Source: a virus. From it: 64,000 nt of DNA. Both the position numbers and the translations under genes were made by a program. The notes below the pieces were generated by a model. It had not been told where the DNA came from, did not search any database, and saw only the letters and a list, made by a program, of their open reading frames with translations. Each line of letters starts with the position of its first letter. Position 1 is the stretch's first letter. Shown here one piece after another: positions 1 through 9,216 of the stretch. The stretch spans positions 32,001-96,000 of the IMG/VR virus record IMGVR_UViG_3300025929_000014; one strand, written 5' to 3'.

Positions 1-125
1 GACAGAGCAGAGATATGCTCGGTGCCGCATCGAACCCGGTGGATGGTCCGCAGTAGCTCCGTCGGCATCTCTGTGCTTAGATCGGTTGCTACGGCCTGCG
101 CCAGAACGTCCGTCGCTGCATTCAT
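1..125 (-). CDS. hypothetical protein, partial (runs off window)
   Basis: ATG at 125 overlaps the stop of the upstream gene (ATGA); frame MNAATDVLAQ... is open to the window edge. Confidence 0.55.
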   Translation of the reverse strand, partial: MNAATDVLAQAVATDLSTEMPTELLRTIHRVRCGTEHISAL

Positions 126-544
126 AGCATCTCCCTTTCGTAATAGGTGCCATAGAACTCCTGCTGCTGGGTCTCCATGTCGTCCTGGTCAGGCGTCGAT
201 GGAGGCAGCGCGCCCTCATATGCCTCATTCTGGAAGCAGGTGTGGCAGAGCAGGCTCGGCAGCTCGTCTTCGGTGTAGTGCCATACGTCGGACTGCGTAG
301 TGCGGCAGTCGATACAGCGCACCAGGCGCGTGTAGCAGCGCTTGCAGATGGCGCCCCCGTCGATGGGGTGCGTGCGCCAGCCTGCATTGACCGCACACAG
401 GGCCAGTTCTGAGGCAGTGTTGTGGTCCGGGTCTTCAGCCGCCACATAGTTCGTGCGGTCGCCGTCGCAATACTCGCAGTGGATGACCAGCAGGTCAGCA
501 TAGGCGGCATCGGCCAGCAGGGTCAGGTCACGGTCAGCGCTCAT
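122..544 (-). CDS. Cys-rich, probable Zn-finger protein
   Basis: four CxxC pairs (CEYC, CKRC, CIDC, CHTC); ATGA coupling. Confidence 0.65.
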   Translation of the reverse strand: MSADRDLTLLADAAYADLLVIHCEYCDGDRTNYVAAEDPDHNTASELALCAVNAGWRTHPIDGGAICKRCYTRLVRCIDCRTTQSDVWHYTEDELPSLLCHTCFQNEAYEGALPPSTPDQDDMETQQQEFYGTYYEREML

Positions 545-768
545 GACAGCCTCCCGTCGAGCGCGAGATGGAGCATGTCGCCAAACACCTCATGGCTACG
601 ACGCGTCTGCTCATCCTGTTGGCGGAACGCCATCTGCTGGAAGTCGGTCAAACTCTCAACCTGCTCGCGCAGACGCCGGATCTCGCCGGCCATCATCTGC
701 ATGGCGTCAGCCTGGGCGCTCACTCGTGCAGTCTGCTGCAAACAAAACTGCCATTCTTCGTCGTTCAT
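541..768 (-). CDS. hypothetical coiled-coil protein
   Basis: AGGAGAGG RBS; coupled to next gene. Confidence 0.65.
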   Translation of the reverse strand: MNDEEWQFCLQQTARVSAQADAMQMMAGEIRRLREQVESLTDFQQMAFRQQDEQTRRSHEVFGDMLHLALDGRLS

Positions 769-825
769 TTCCTCTCCTTTCGGCTACATTTCCAGCATGG
801 GCCTTGCGTTGTCAGCGATCAACTT

Positions 826-1494
826 TCAGGCTGGGCTGATACCGGCAGCCGTGCGGATGAAGTCGCCGGTCGGGATACCATAGAACTGCATCTGCCCACC
901 CAGCGCCGGAAGGAGCGGAACTTTCAGCGCGCCTACCCGGTCGTAAGGCGGCGCGGCCAGCACGTTGTACCAGGCAGGGTACGCGTAGTCAGAGAGCCAA
1001 TACTTCGAGCCGTTGTAGGCGAAGCCGTCTTCTGAGGGGCCGGTGGGATCGGCGACCTCGCCCACCACGTTGACGGGGCTGCCATTGATGGTCTCCGGGA
1101 ACGCGCTGCTCATCTGCGGATCGACGGTGGATTCCACTACCTCATGGCTCGCCGCCAGGAGCCAAGAATCTGGTAGGGCCGCAGGATTGATCGCCACATA
1201 GGCAATCGGCATACCGTTTTCCTGCGTGTGATAATCGCCCTTGTCAGCCGTCAGCACGACGATAATCGGCACCGGCAGCAGATGCCAATGTTGCGCTACA
1301 TCCGTCTGAAGCCACGCCCGGAGGATCTCCTGACCGCGCAGGGCATCATCAACCGATACCCGATCCGGCACCACCGTGACGATATACACGGACGGCCTCG
1401 ACGATGTGGGCGCGCTCAGAGAATCAGGAAGCCAGGGGCAGGTGAACGCAGCCAGGAAGACCAGGGCCGCATAGAGGGCCGTTTTACGCTTCAT
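826..1494 (-). CDS. secreted/membrane protein with HExxE metallopeptidase-like motif
   Basis: start reassigned to MKRKTALYAALVFLAAF (signal-like); ASHEVVESTVDP...GEVADP motif. Confidence 0.6.
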   Translation of the reverse strand: MKRKTALYAALVFLAAFTCPWLPDSLSAPTSSRPSVYIVTVVPDRVSVDDALRGQEILRAWLQTDVAQHWHLLPVPIIVVLTADKGDYHTQENGMPIAYVAINPAALPDSWLLAASHEVVESTVDPQMSSAFPETINGSPVNVVGEVADPTGPSEDGFAYNGSKYWLSDYAYPAWYNVLAAPPYDRVGALKVPLLPALGGQMQFYGIPTGDFIRTAAGISPA

Positions 1495-2134
1495 CGGACT
1501 CCTGTCCACCCATGCCGAGCAGCTTGATGCCAGAGACAGCTTGCGCCAGGTTGACAGATTGCGCCGGGATGAAGAGCAGACTCTCAAGGCGCTCCTTCAG
1601 CGTGGCGACCAGGGCTGCCAGTTGTTCGAGCGCCAGCCAGGTCTCATCGCTATAGGGCAGGTAGATGACGGATGCGTTCACTTCCGGCTTGTACGTGTGT
1701 TCATAAAAGGGATTGCAGGGCGGAGCGAAGGGGCCGCTCTTCTCCTCGTTCCAGTAAAATATCGACGAATGTTTTGTCCGGCTATCCGCCTTCTCATGCG
1801 GCCAGCGAACCTCCCAGCCGCTCTCCCGATAGCCGCCATGCGGCACTTTGGCCACGTAGAAGCGCTTGAACTGAAAGGCTATAGCCCGGTTCTTCTGGCC
1901 GGAATGGTCATACGGTTTATCGACTTTAATCACCGGCACCCATTCCAGGTCGTCCATGCGGTCCAGCTCGGCGCGCACCTCTTTCATTAGGTCGTCGATG
2001 CTGCGCGCGTCAATCTTGACACCGGCTATGGTGGCGAAGAAGTGCAGGTCGTTGCGGTCCAGGAATAGCTCCACCTCGCCGTAGAGGATATGCCGGAGCG
2101 TCTCCACCTTCTGGGGTTTAAGTTGTCTAGCCAT
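1484..2134 (-). CDS. hypothetical protein
   Basis: start MARQLKPQ with GAGGAG RBS; coupled to neighbours. Confidence 0.7.
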   Translation of the reverse strand: MARQLKPQKVETLRHILYGEVELFLDRNDLHFFATIAGVKIDARSIDDLMKEVRAELDRMDDLEWVPVIKVDKPYDHSGQKNRAIAFQFKRFYVAKVPHGGYRESGWEVRWPHEKADSRTKHSSIFYWNEEKSGPFAPPCNPFYEHTYKPEVNASVIYLPYSDETWLALEQLAALVATLKERLESLLFIPAQSVNLAQAVSGIKLLGMGGQESDEA

Positions 2135-2390
2135 TTGTGTTCTCCTCAGCCCACTCGGCGTCGTAATGGCGTTCGGCGCGCTCCACGACATCTTCCGGCG
2201 AAATGTTCTTGGTGTCACACCAGTGCATGATGTTGGCGATCAGGTCGGTCGCCAGGGATTCCAACTCGCTGTCGTCGGAAACCTCATTCAATGACTGGCC
2301 ACCATACGCATGCTGCGCGAAGGCTTCCAGGGCGGTGATAACAGAGCGGGCACGCCCCTCGTTGGTCAGTACGTTGCCATTCTCATCCAT
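2127..2390 (-). CDS. small helical protein, paralog of 2383-2613
   Basis: ATDLIANIMHWC motif; AGGAG RBS. Confidence 0.7.
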   Translation of the reverse strand: MDENGNVLTNEGRARSVITALEAFAQHAYGGQSLNEVSDDSELESLATDLIANIMHWCDTKNISPEDVVERAERHYDAEWAEENTNG

Positions 2391-2613
2391 GTGCGTTCTC
2401 CTGCTCATATTCATAATTCTCACGCGCTAGCCGAAGCACGCGCTCGGTGTCCATATTATGAACCTGGCACCAATGCAACACGTCGGTGATGAGGTCAGCC
2501 GCCGCACAATCACGGTCGTTAGGAAACATCTGCATAAATGTAGGGCTGTGCAGCTCTAACGCCGCCTGTACACGCTTTGCGGCAGTCTCCGGTGTCTGTG
2601 CATCTTCATCCAT
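2383..2613 (-). CDS. small helical protein, paralog of 2127-2390
   Basis: AADLITDVLHWC motif; GGAGG RBS. Confidence 0.7.
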   Translation of the reverse strand: MDEDAQTPETAAKRVQAALELHSPTFMQMFPNDRDCAAADLITDVLHWCQVHNMDTERVLRLARENYEYEQENAHG

Positions 2614-3034
2614 GTGCGTAGACCTCCTCTTCTCTTAGCGCGTCGTCAGTCGTCGCGCCTTCTGTTTCCATACTGGGGGTTGAGGTTGTCAGGTTGCAAC
2701 TTTGGGCGCATGCAGAAGCGAGTCCGGCCAGCATCTCATCGCGTGTGATATTGATTTCCGACCACAGCAGATCTTCACAGAGAAAATCATCCCAGGCTCT
2801 TGGCGTATCCAGGCGGCTTGCATACACGCTATCATTAAACGCCTCAGCTGCTAGCCAACCACACGTCTCCAGCATGTACTCATAGAGCGCCGTTGGCATG
2901 CCCAACGGCCCGCGCTGGAAACGATGTTTCTCCGGCTTGCTCTCCACCCAGCGCCGGAAGAGGACGGGATTATAGACCTCAGCCAGGATAGCTTCGATTG
3001 GGGGCACCTGTGGGCGCATGGCGTCAGCTTCCAT
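2606..3034 (-). CDS. hypothetical protein
   Basis: ORF in tightly packed operon. Confidence 0.6.
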   Translation of the reverse strand: MEADAMRPQVPPIEAILAEVYNPVLFRRWVESKPEKHRFQRGPLGMPTALYEYMLETCGWLAAEAFNDSVYASRLDTPRAWDDFLCEDLLWSEINITRDEMLAGLASACAQSCNLTTSTPSMETEGATTDDALREEEVYAHG

Positions 3035-3353
3035 CTGTGTGATGCTTCAGGATACGGCGAATCTCCGTCGCGTTCGTCCCGGCGTGCAAAGCGGGATCGG
3101 TAAGCTGTGCCAGTCGGTGTTCTAATGCGATGACGGCCAGCACCACGATGCGCTCCGTCTCCTCGCCGGAGAAGTGCTCGTGCTGTAATTCCTGCGGCGC
3201 ATCCTGCCAGAGAAAGTTGTCCCAGCCGGACGTATTCATATCGGCCAGCGTATTGCGAATGGGATCTTCCTGATCGACGTTATCCGCAGACCAGTAGTAG
3301 AGGTATTGGCCGAGATAGGCTCCGGCCTGGTCAATGAGATTTCCCCTTGTCAT
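3024..3353 (-). CDS. hypothetical protein
   Basis: AAGGAGG RBS. Confidence 0.65.
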   Translation of the reverse strand: MTRGNLIDQAGAYLGQYLYYWSADNVDQEDPIRNTLADMNTSGWDNFLWQDAPQELQHEHFSGEETERIVVLAVIALEHRLAQLTDPALHAGTNATEIRRILKHHTDGS

Positions 3354-3549
3354 AGTGTTCCTCCTTCTGCTCTCTTACCTCTGTCGCTCGTGCTTTGGTT
3401 GGCTCCCGATGCCATTTGTCGTCGTCTTCATGCGCCTGGAAGCGCTCGACGAACCTCCGGGCCTGCTCAGGACTGTCGGTCTCCACATCGTGAATCGTAA
3501 TGCCCTCGTAGACGACCCTAAAGAGATGTACGGAGTATTTCTTGGTCAT
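3331..3549 (-). CDS. hypothetical protein
   Basis: packed ORF with RBS. Confidence 0.6.
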   Translation of the reverse strand: MTKKYSVHLFRVVYEGITIHDVETDSPEQARRFVERFQAHEDDDKWHREPTKARATEVREQKEEHYDKGKSH

Positions 3550-3736
3550 AAGGCTCCCAGGTAGTCGTCTCGCTCAGCAGCATGGCCATCCCCCAGTCGA
3601 AGACCAGCCATACCTCTCCCGGTCTCCAGGCGGTGTCAACTTCCATCAGCGTGCCGGCACAGCTTTCGCCATTCGTCGTGACCAGAATCTCGTGGTCGAT
3701 CAATGCGCGCCAGGGCGCCAGTTGTTCCTCGCTCAT
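3518..3736 (-). CDS. small beta-rich hypothetical protein
   Basis: packed ORF with RBS. Confidence 0.6.
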   Translation of the reverse strand: MSEEQLAPWRALIDHEILVTTNGESCAGTLMEVDTAWRPGEVWLVFDWGMAMLLSETTTWEPYDQEILRTSL

Positions 3737-4000
3737 CTAGCCCCTCTTCTGCCTATAATACGGCATAAACTCGCTATCCTCTGGAAGAGGGCTGTCCTTA
3801 TGGCGGGAGAGCTTGCGGAGCGCTTTGGCCTCCATTTGGCGTATCCGCTCCGCGCTCCTTCCCTGCGTAAGGCCGACGGCCTCAAGCGTTTTCCCTTGCA
3901 TGCGCTGCCGAATCACATCTTGCTCCAGTGCATTCAGCATGCTGGTATGCGTTCGCGCATCGCGTTGTTGATTCCACTCCCGCGTTTCTTTTAACATCAT
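3737..4000 (-). CDS. stand-alone sigma-70 region 4 HTH protein
   Basis: TLEAVG..GRSAERIRQMEAKALRKL matches the sigma 4.2 consensus TLEEVG..TRERIRQIEAKALRKL. Confidence 0.85.
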   Translation of the reverse strand: MMLKETREWNQQRDARTHTSMLNALEQDVIRQRMQGKTLEAVGLTQGRSAERIRQMEAKALRKLSRHKDSPLPEDSEFMPYYRQKRG

Positions 4001-4002
4001 TG

Positions 4003-4260
4003 CTACGCCCTCACCACCGAAAACAGCGTTTCCGGCCTATAGAGGTCGCCGTCAATCGTGACCAGGCCGGTGCTGACCAGCTGCGCCATGCGATACTCGC
4101 AGTCCCAGACATCCTCTTCCCTGGCCGCATCCATCACGTCGCGCAGCCACGCGCCGCGCGAGTTAGCTCCCTGCGCCCCCTGCACATGCAGCAGCGCCGT
4201 ATACAGGCGCTGCGCCAGGGGATGATGATTCTCAATGGCTTCGGTTTGGAGCGGCCTCAT
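4003..4260 (-). CDS. hypothetical protein (possible winged helix)
   Basis: start MRPLQTE overlaps upstream stop. Confidence 0.5.
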   Translation of the reverse strand: MRPLQTEAIENHHPLAQRLYTALLHVQGAQGANSRGAWLRDVMDAAREEDVWDCEYRMAQLVSTGLVTIDGDLYRPETLFSVVRA

Positions 4261-4466
4261 CCGATTATCACCATCCCAGCTGTACGCCGGTCCAGGCTTT
4301 GCAGACCAATGCTGACTAACAGCTCCTGGTTCACCAGATAGGTAGCCAGCTTCTCGCTGATTTCCAGATCGGCCACCAGGGTTGCTATGCGCTCCAAGCG
4401 CCTCTTTTCTGCCTCTTCCCGCGCGGCATCGGCCTCTTTCTGATCCCACCAAGTTTGCTGTCTCAT
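4257..4466 (-). CDS. hypothetical protein
   Basis: coupled ORF. Confidence 0.6.
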   Translation of the reverse strand: MRQQTWWDQKEADAAREEAEKRRLERIATLVADLEISEKLATYLVNQELLVSIGLQSLDRRTAGMVIIG

Positions 4467-4666
4467 GCTGTCCAGTCTCCGTTCGCTGGGTTCATGCCAA
4501 CGTCCCGCATGGCGTCGGCCAGGTCCGGCATCTCCTCGCCGATGTCAAAGTCTTTTGACCAGATGGCGTAGTGCGCGAGAGACAGCGCCGCTTTCAGATG
4601 GCGAACCTCTCCCCGCAGCACTCGTATTTCCCGCACCTCCAATGTTTCTTCAGTCATTCGCACCAC
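4463..4666 (-). CDS. hypothetical protein
   Basis: coupled ORF; start may be 4657. Confidence 0.55.
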   Translation of the reverse strand: MVRMTEETLEVREIRVLRGEVRHLKAALSLAHYAIWSKDFDIGEEMPDLADAMRDVGMNPANGDWTA

Positions 4667-4860
4667 CCCACGCCCCAGTCCTTGGCCTGCGCCATCGCCA
4701 AACGCCGTAGCTCCGGGTCGTCGATGTCAAGATCCAGCTGACACGCGCTGACGGCGAAGTCACACATGTCAAAGATGCAGGCTTTGCCGTGAATCACGTA
4801 TTCGTCCACGCCTTCGTCGGCCCAATAGGCTACCACTCTCTGCTTTGTCTCTGCGTCCAA
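4654..4860 (-). CDS. hypothetical protein
   Basis: TTG start with AAGGAGG RBS. Confidence 0.55.
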   Translation of the reverse strand: MDAETKQRVVAYWADEGVDEYVIHGKACIFDMCDFAVSACQLDLDIDDPELRRLAMAQAKDWGVGWCE

Positions 4861-5076
4861 TTAGTGTTTTCCTCCTTCAGCCCGTTGCAGGTCGCTATCC
4901 AACTTATCGCCGAGCAGCGCCATCGCTTCACCCAGCAGCGCATAGGCCGGCCGCCCATAGAACTCGGCAGCCGTCCGCACCATATCGCGCTCGAAGACCG
5001 GCAATAGCTCATACGCCCTCGCACACCACGCATCTCGACTTAGAATAGCTGTTGTGGTTGGTCGTCGCATGCTCAT
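4861..5076 (-). CDS. hypothetical protein
   Basis: start MSMRRPTT with AAGGGGG RBS. Confidence 0.55.
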   Translation of the reverse strand: MSMRRPTTTAILSRDAWCARAYELLPVFERDMVRTAAEFYGRPAYALLGEAMALLGDKLDSDLQRAEGGKH

Positions 5077-5297
5077 CGCTTTTCCCCCTTTGCCATATAA
5101 CGCGCTGTAGTGGGCCATAGCGCGATCTTTGCCTCTGACGGCGCTTTGGATGCCGGAGGATACCATTCTTGGTCACTCCGCCCGCCACGCTTGCGCTGGC
5201 GTCGTCTACCACACTATGCGCCATCCACGACGCGATGTCAAGCATCGTTTGGTCCATTTGGAGGCAAAAGAGCCTGCGAGCGATGCCGAAAGAGTTG

Positions 5298-5660
5298 GCG
5301 GGACAGATCTGTCCCGCTGATTTTGCGTCCCTCTCCTCTTTATTATGTTAAGTACCAGAGGAAAATGCCCGGAACCCGCAAGCTGGCGGGACAGCAGCGG
5401 GACAGCGGGACAGTTTTCAGCTTGTGATTCTCTATATGTATATATTTTGTTTTTTCGGTTTCCCCTAAAAGGCTTTTACGTGATCCCGTAAATGCCCTTT
5501 TTAATGTGTATATGTATCTAATAACTATATATATCTGTCCCTCCTGTCCCGCAAAGGCGAAAAGACATATACCTCTCTCTGGTACTTGACATAAAAGAGC
5601 GGGACAGAAGCCCTCACGCTTCTGTCCCGCCTTGTCCCTCCAGCCGATTATCTGTCCCGC
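5298..5660. repeat. probable replication origin: GCGGGACAG iterons in both orientations around an AT-rich core
   Basis: 20-bp palindrome 5298-5317; copies at 5386, 5397, 5405, 5599; reverse copies near 5544, 5622, 5652; AT-rich 5415-5535; immediately downstream of the primase-helicase. Confidence 0.8.
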
Positions 5661-8038
5661 TAGCTCGCCATAGCCGCCAGTACGACCTCTTCAGCCGGTT
5701 TGGTGAGCACAATGCCCGCCAAGCCCCGTTGCTGCGACACGACGCCCTCCTTCTCCAAACCCCAGGCGTCAAAGACCGGCGCCATCCGCTTGGTCTCTTT
5801 GAGGAACGGGTAGATGACCTGAATGGCATCCAAGAGCCGACCCTTGGAGAGCTGCTTGTAGCCGTTCTCCTTGCAGTAGCCCTCGTAGGATTTATAGAGC
5901 AGACTGGTCGGCGTAAACGATTCGCTGCTGAGCCCGGTCTCGCAGCAATCCTCCAGCCAGGACTTCAGCGCGTCGCCCCGACTGGTAATGGCGTTGAGCA
6001 TCACCTGCATGGCCCTCGACTCCGGGTAATGCTGCACGGCCAGTGCCCGCTTCGCGTAGAGCATGCACATGGAGGCAAAGGCCGGAACATCCGGGCGCAG
6101 CTTATCCAGCAGATAGAGGTCTACCTTCTTTGCGGGGTCAAGTTCCGTCGGGCTATCGGTATGCGTGCTCGGACATTCGATCACCAGCAGCCGCTCACGC
6201 AGCGCGCTCGACGGGTCGGCGAAGCGTGGCCGGTTGTTGGTGGACGCCATCATCTTGGGGCGCCAGGTGTTGTCCTTTATCTCCATACCCCGCAGGGGCC
6301 TGGTGGGCACTCCCTCATGCGACGCCATGGTCTTGATGAGGTCTTCACTTTGGAGGGCTTCGACGGGGAGTTCATCCAGGCAGGCCATGCGCTTATCGCA
6401 GTGTCGCGCGCGTGCCCAGAGCCCTTCCTGATCCCGGTCAAAGATCGTCTGCCCAGCGTAGTCTGTCGGCTGTTGCCCGCAGGCCAGATTCGCTAGCTTG
6501 AGACACGTTCCCTTACCGGAGCGCTTGCCGCCATACAGGATCACCATCTTGTAGAGGTGCATATCCCGGATCATGGCGAGCCCCACATGGGTCATATAGG
6601 CACGACGTGCGATGGGATCGGGGATGGTCTCCCGCAGGAAGCGCCAGATAAGCGGGAAACGGGCTGGCTTATAGGCAAACGGCATGGCATAGGTGTTGTA
6701 GTTGAGGGGATCGTGCGCGCTCCAGGTCATGGTCTTGTGATCGAGCATGCCATTCTCAAACGGCACCTTATCTTCTTCCATCGTAAACGACCGATCTAAT
6801 TTGCATTTAATCAAGGCAAACACGTCACGCATTTTCTTGTGGTTGCGGGGCCATCCGCCCGCCTGGAGCACCTCGCTGGTAGAGACGAAAAGCCGTGAGA
6901 TTTCATCCTCTTCGCATAGATGCCAGTGGGTGCCGGTCCAGGTGCGCAAGCCCTGTATCATGGTGTCCCTGGCGACGGTATTGTGCCGAGCCTCGATCCA
7001 GGCTTTGGCCAGGGCCATATCGTCGGGTTTCGCCTTCTTCTTTTCTGTTTCCTCCGAGCCGTAGCCTTCTGAACGCAGCGCTTTGGCGCAGGCCCGATAG
7101 TCGCCATCAAACTCCGTAATGGCCCGGATGGCGAAGATGGTATAGGCCGTCTGCGCCTCGAACTCCGTCGATGAGGTATAGACGTAGAGCAGGGGCGGGC
7201 CATCCTCCTCCAGGCGTCGCAGGTTGGCCGATACCTCCCCGTCCCGCTTGTCGTCGCCTGGGCGGGTGAGGAAGACGTTCTCGTAGCCTGCCTCCTGTGC
7301 CACGCGCCAGCCATGCTCCACCAGATAGGCCAGCACCTCGTCGAACTCCATGCGCGCGACATATTCGGTGCCGGGCAGGCCCTCCTTCTCGATATAGGTG
7401 CCTGCCTTCTTGTCGGCCGCTACCTTCTGGGTGAAGCTGGTAGCGGTCGCCAGGAGACAATCGACTTCCTCAGCGCTCAGGGCCGGGATCGTCGTCAGGT
7501 CGCCGCTCTGCCAGGTATAGCCTGCCGTCGGCGCGCAGGCCGCGTAGCCGCCCTCCCCCCGCAGCTCGATCCAGGGCTTGCCGTCGGCGCCGCAGGCCAG
7601 CTCCGGGCACCCAATGGCGACCGGGCTGCGGAAATAGACATGGAGGCCCCCCGAAGGGGTGCTTTCGCGTGGCAGCCTGTCCCAGACACCGGGCAGCTGG
7701 GCCTCAAGCCGCTCCCGATACTTCTCCGGCAGGTCGGGGCCGGAGTATTTCGTATCGAAATCAACGATCACCAGCCAGAGGGGCTCCGCTTCCGAGCCGC
7801 CCCCAGATACCAGGCCGCCGATCACGCCGACACCCGGCGCCGCCTTTGGCCCCAGGAAGGCATCGATCAGTTCGATGGCCGGCTGTGCCTTCACCTGGCG
7901 CCACTTCCACTCGCCCTTCGGTTTCTTCGTTGCCAGGTCGGCAATGGGCACCATCGAGCGTCCGGCATGTGCGGCACGCCGCACCTCGTCGAGCCACTCC
8001 TGTGAATGGAGCACCTCGTCAACATTGGGATTAGTCAT
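5660..8038 (-). CDS. bifunctional primase-polymerase fused to D5-type SF3 helicase
   Basis: VIVDFD, TPSGGLHVYF and ELRGEGGY PrimPol motifs; Walker A GGKRSGKGT, Walker B CLDE, motif C ASTNN. Confidence 0.92.
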   Translation of the reverse strand: MTNPNVDEVLHSQEWLDEVRRAAHAGRSMVPIADLATKKPKGEWKWRQVKAQPAIELIDAFLGPKAAPGVGVIGGLVSGGGSEAEPLWLVIVDFDTKYSGPDLPEKYRERLEAQLPGVWDRLPRESTPSGGLHVYFRSPVAIGCPELACGADGKPWIELRGEGGYAACAPTAGYTWQSGDLTTIPALSAEEVDCLLATATSFTQKVAADKKAGTYIEKEGLPGTEYVARMEFDEVLAYLVEHGWRVAQEAGYENVFLTRPGDDKRDGEVSANLRRLEEDGPPLLYVYTSSTEFEAQTAYTIFAIRAITEFDGDYRACAKALRSEGYGSEETEKKKAKPDDMALAKAWIEARHNTVARDTMIQGLRTWTGTHWHLCEEDEISRLFVSTSEVLQAGGWPRNHKKMRDVFALIKCKLDRSFTMEEDKVPFENGMLDHKTMTWSAHDPLNYNTYAMPFAYKPARFPLIWRFLRETIPDPIARRAYMTHVGLAMIRDMHLYKMVILYGGKRSGKGTCLKLANLACGQQPTDYAGQTIFDRDQEGLWARARHCDKRMACLDELPVEALQSEDLIKTMASHEGVPTRPLRGMEIKDNTWRPKMMASTNNRPRFADPSSALRERLLVIECPSTHTDSPTELDPAKKVDLYLLDKLRPDVPAFASMCMLYAKRALAVQHYPESRAMQVMLNAITSRGDALKSWLEDCCETGLSSESFTPTSLLYKSYEGYCKENGYKQLSKGRLLDAIQVIYPFLKETKRMAPVFDAWGLEKEGVVSQQRGLAGIVLTKPAEEVVLAAMAS

Positions 8039-8282
8039 GCAAAAGTTCCTTGGACAGGGAGCGGAAATCATCGGTCAGGTTCATCCACCAGCCGGGGACA
8101 TAGAATCCCCCAAAGAATGCTGAGAGGGCGAACCATTCTACATTGGCGTAGAGGGAGAGCAGGCCCCCAACGACCACCATGGACGCGCCAAGCTGGACCC
8201 AGAAGGCGCTCATTAGGAAGCGATGTGGTGGACAGAAATATACGGCGTCACAGCCGCACCATTCGTCATCCGGCATTGGCAC
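8031..8282 (-). CDS. small membrane protein
   Basis: two hydrophobic segments. Confidence 0.55.
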   Translation of the reverse strand: MPMPDDEWCGCDAVYFCPPHRFLMSAFWVQLGASMVVVGGLLSLYANVEWFALSAFFGGFYVPGWWMNLTDDFRSLSKELLHD

Positions 8283-8541
8283 GCTCCAGTTCTACGAGCA
8301 GGCAGTCAATATCGAGATTGGCCTCTTGCAAGGCGCGGATGAGGAGCTGCACGTTGGGCAGGCAACGCTCGAAGTGCAGTTTCCAGCCATTGATCTCGAC
8401 TATCACGTCGGGCAAGCTGCACGCCGGTTCCAGCCAGCTGCCGCTCATCGGCATAAAGAAACCAGGCGGCGAGTAATCCCAGGTGCTGCTGAAGGGTTTT
8501 CTCGAATATCGGTCTCGAAGTGCCTGGATGTCAACTTTCAT
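8266..8541 (-). CDS. hypothetical protein
   Basis: ATGA-coupled ORF. Confidence 0.55.
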   Translation of the reverse strand: MKVDIQALRDRYSRKPFSSTWDYSPPGFFMPMSGSWLEPACSLPDVIVEINGWKLHFERCLPNVQLLIRALQEANLDIDCLLVELERANAG

Positions 8542-9029
8542 GACGCTGCCAGGCCGATGCCTGGATTAAAGAGCACAGCGTAGCAGCCATGGCGCACGGC
8601 GTCGGCCGCGTGGCGCAGCGTTTTGGGGAAGTAGTTCCACTCGCGCAGCTTCTCGTCGGTCATAAACCCCTTGGCACTTTGCGCCGATTGGACTAAATAT
8701 GGAATCGAGCGTTGCTCGCATAACGTCTCAATGGCGCCGATGAGCCGCAGGGTCGGTACGGTCGAGCCGGCATGCTCTGCCAGCTTCCAGGGATAGATGC
8801 GATACTCCTCGAAGACGATCTGCGTGGGGAGGTGCAGATCGAAGAGCCTGGTCATATCGGCGATGGTGCCGGGTATCTGGCCTTTATCGTGGAGGGATCC
8901 CCCTAAAAACAGCGCCCACCCGGTGGTATCGCCGGGATCGAGCGCAAGCAGCCGTTCCGGTGGCTGCCAAGAACCGCCTGTCGAACGTTGGCGGTGAACG
9001 GACGCGATGCTGAAGAACTTATCATCCAT
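8538..9029 (-). CDS. RuvC-like Holliday junction resolvase
   Basis: LLALDPGDTTGWA, IVFEEY, HAADAVRH; AGGAG RBS before ATG 9029. Confidence 0.8.
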   Translation of the reverse strand: MDDKFFSIASVHRQRSTGGSWQPPERLLALDPGDTTGWALFLGGSLHDKGQIPGTIADMTRLFDLHLPTQIVFEEYRIYPWKLAEHAGSTVPTLRLIGAIETLCEQRSIPYLVQSAQSAKGFMTDEKLREWNYFPKTLRHAADAVRHGCYAVLFNPGIGLAAS

Positions 9030-9105
9030 AGGACATACTCCTGACTTATTTGATCCATCTGGTGATATTAAGTCTATCCTATCCACGAGATCCATGCTAG
9101 CCCCC

Positions 9106-9134
9106 ACTATAAGCCTGGACAACATTTTTGTAAA
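9106..9134 (-). promoter_or_regulatory. sigma-70 promoter for leftward operon
   Basis: TTTACA-N17-TATAGT on minus strand. Confidence 0.7.
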
Positions 9135-9149
9135 GTACACGGTAGACTA

Positions 9150-9178
9150 TTGCATTTTGTCTAGTTATCCCCTATGAT
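9150..9178 (+). promoter_or_regulatory. sigma-70 promoter for HTH-PKD gene
   Basis: TTGCAT-N17-TATGAT. Confidence 0.7.
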
Positions 9179-9216
9179 GGCGGCGAGAGACCCAAAGGAG
9201 ACTATAGGAGGTGTTT

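Noticed and set aside
5298-5660. CRISPR or mini-array
   Set aside because: Repeats are 9 bp, in both orientations and irregularly spaced; fits iterons
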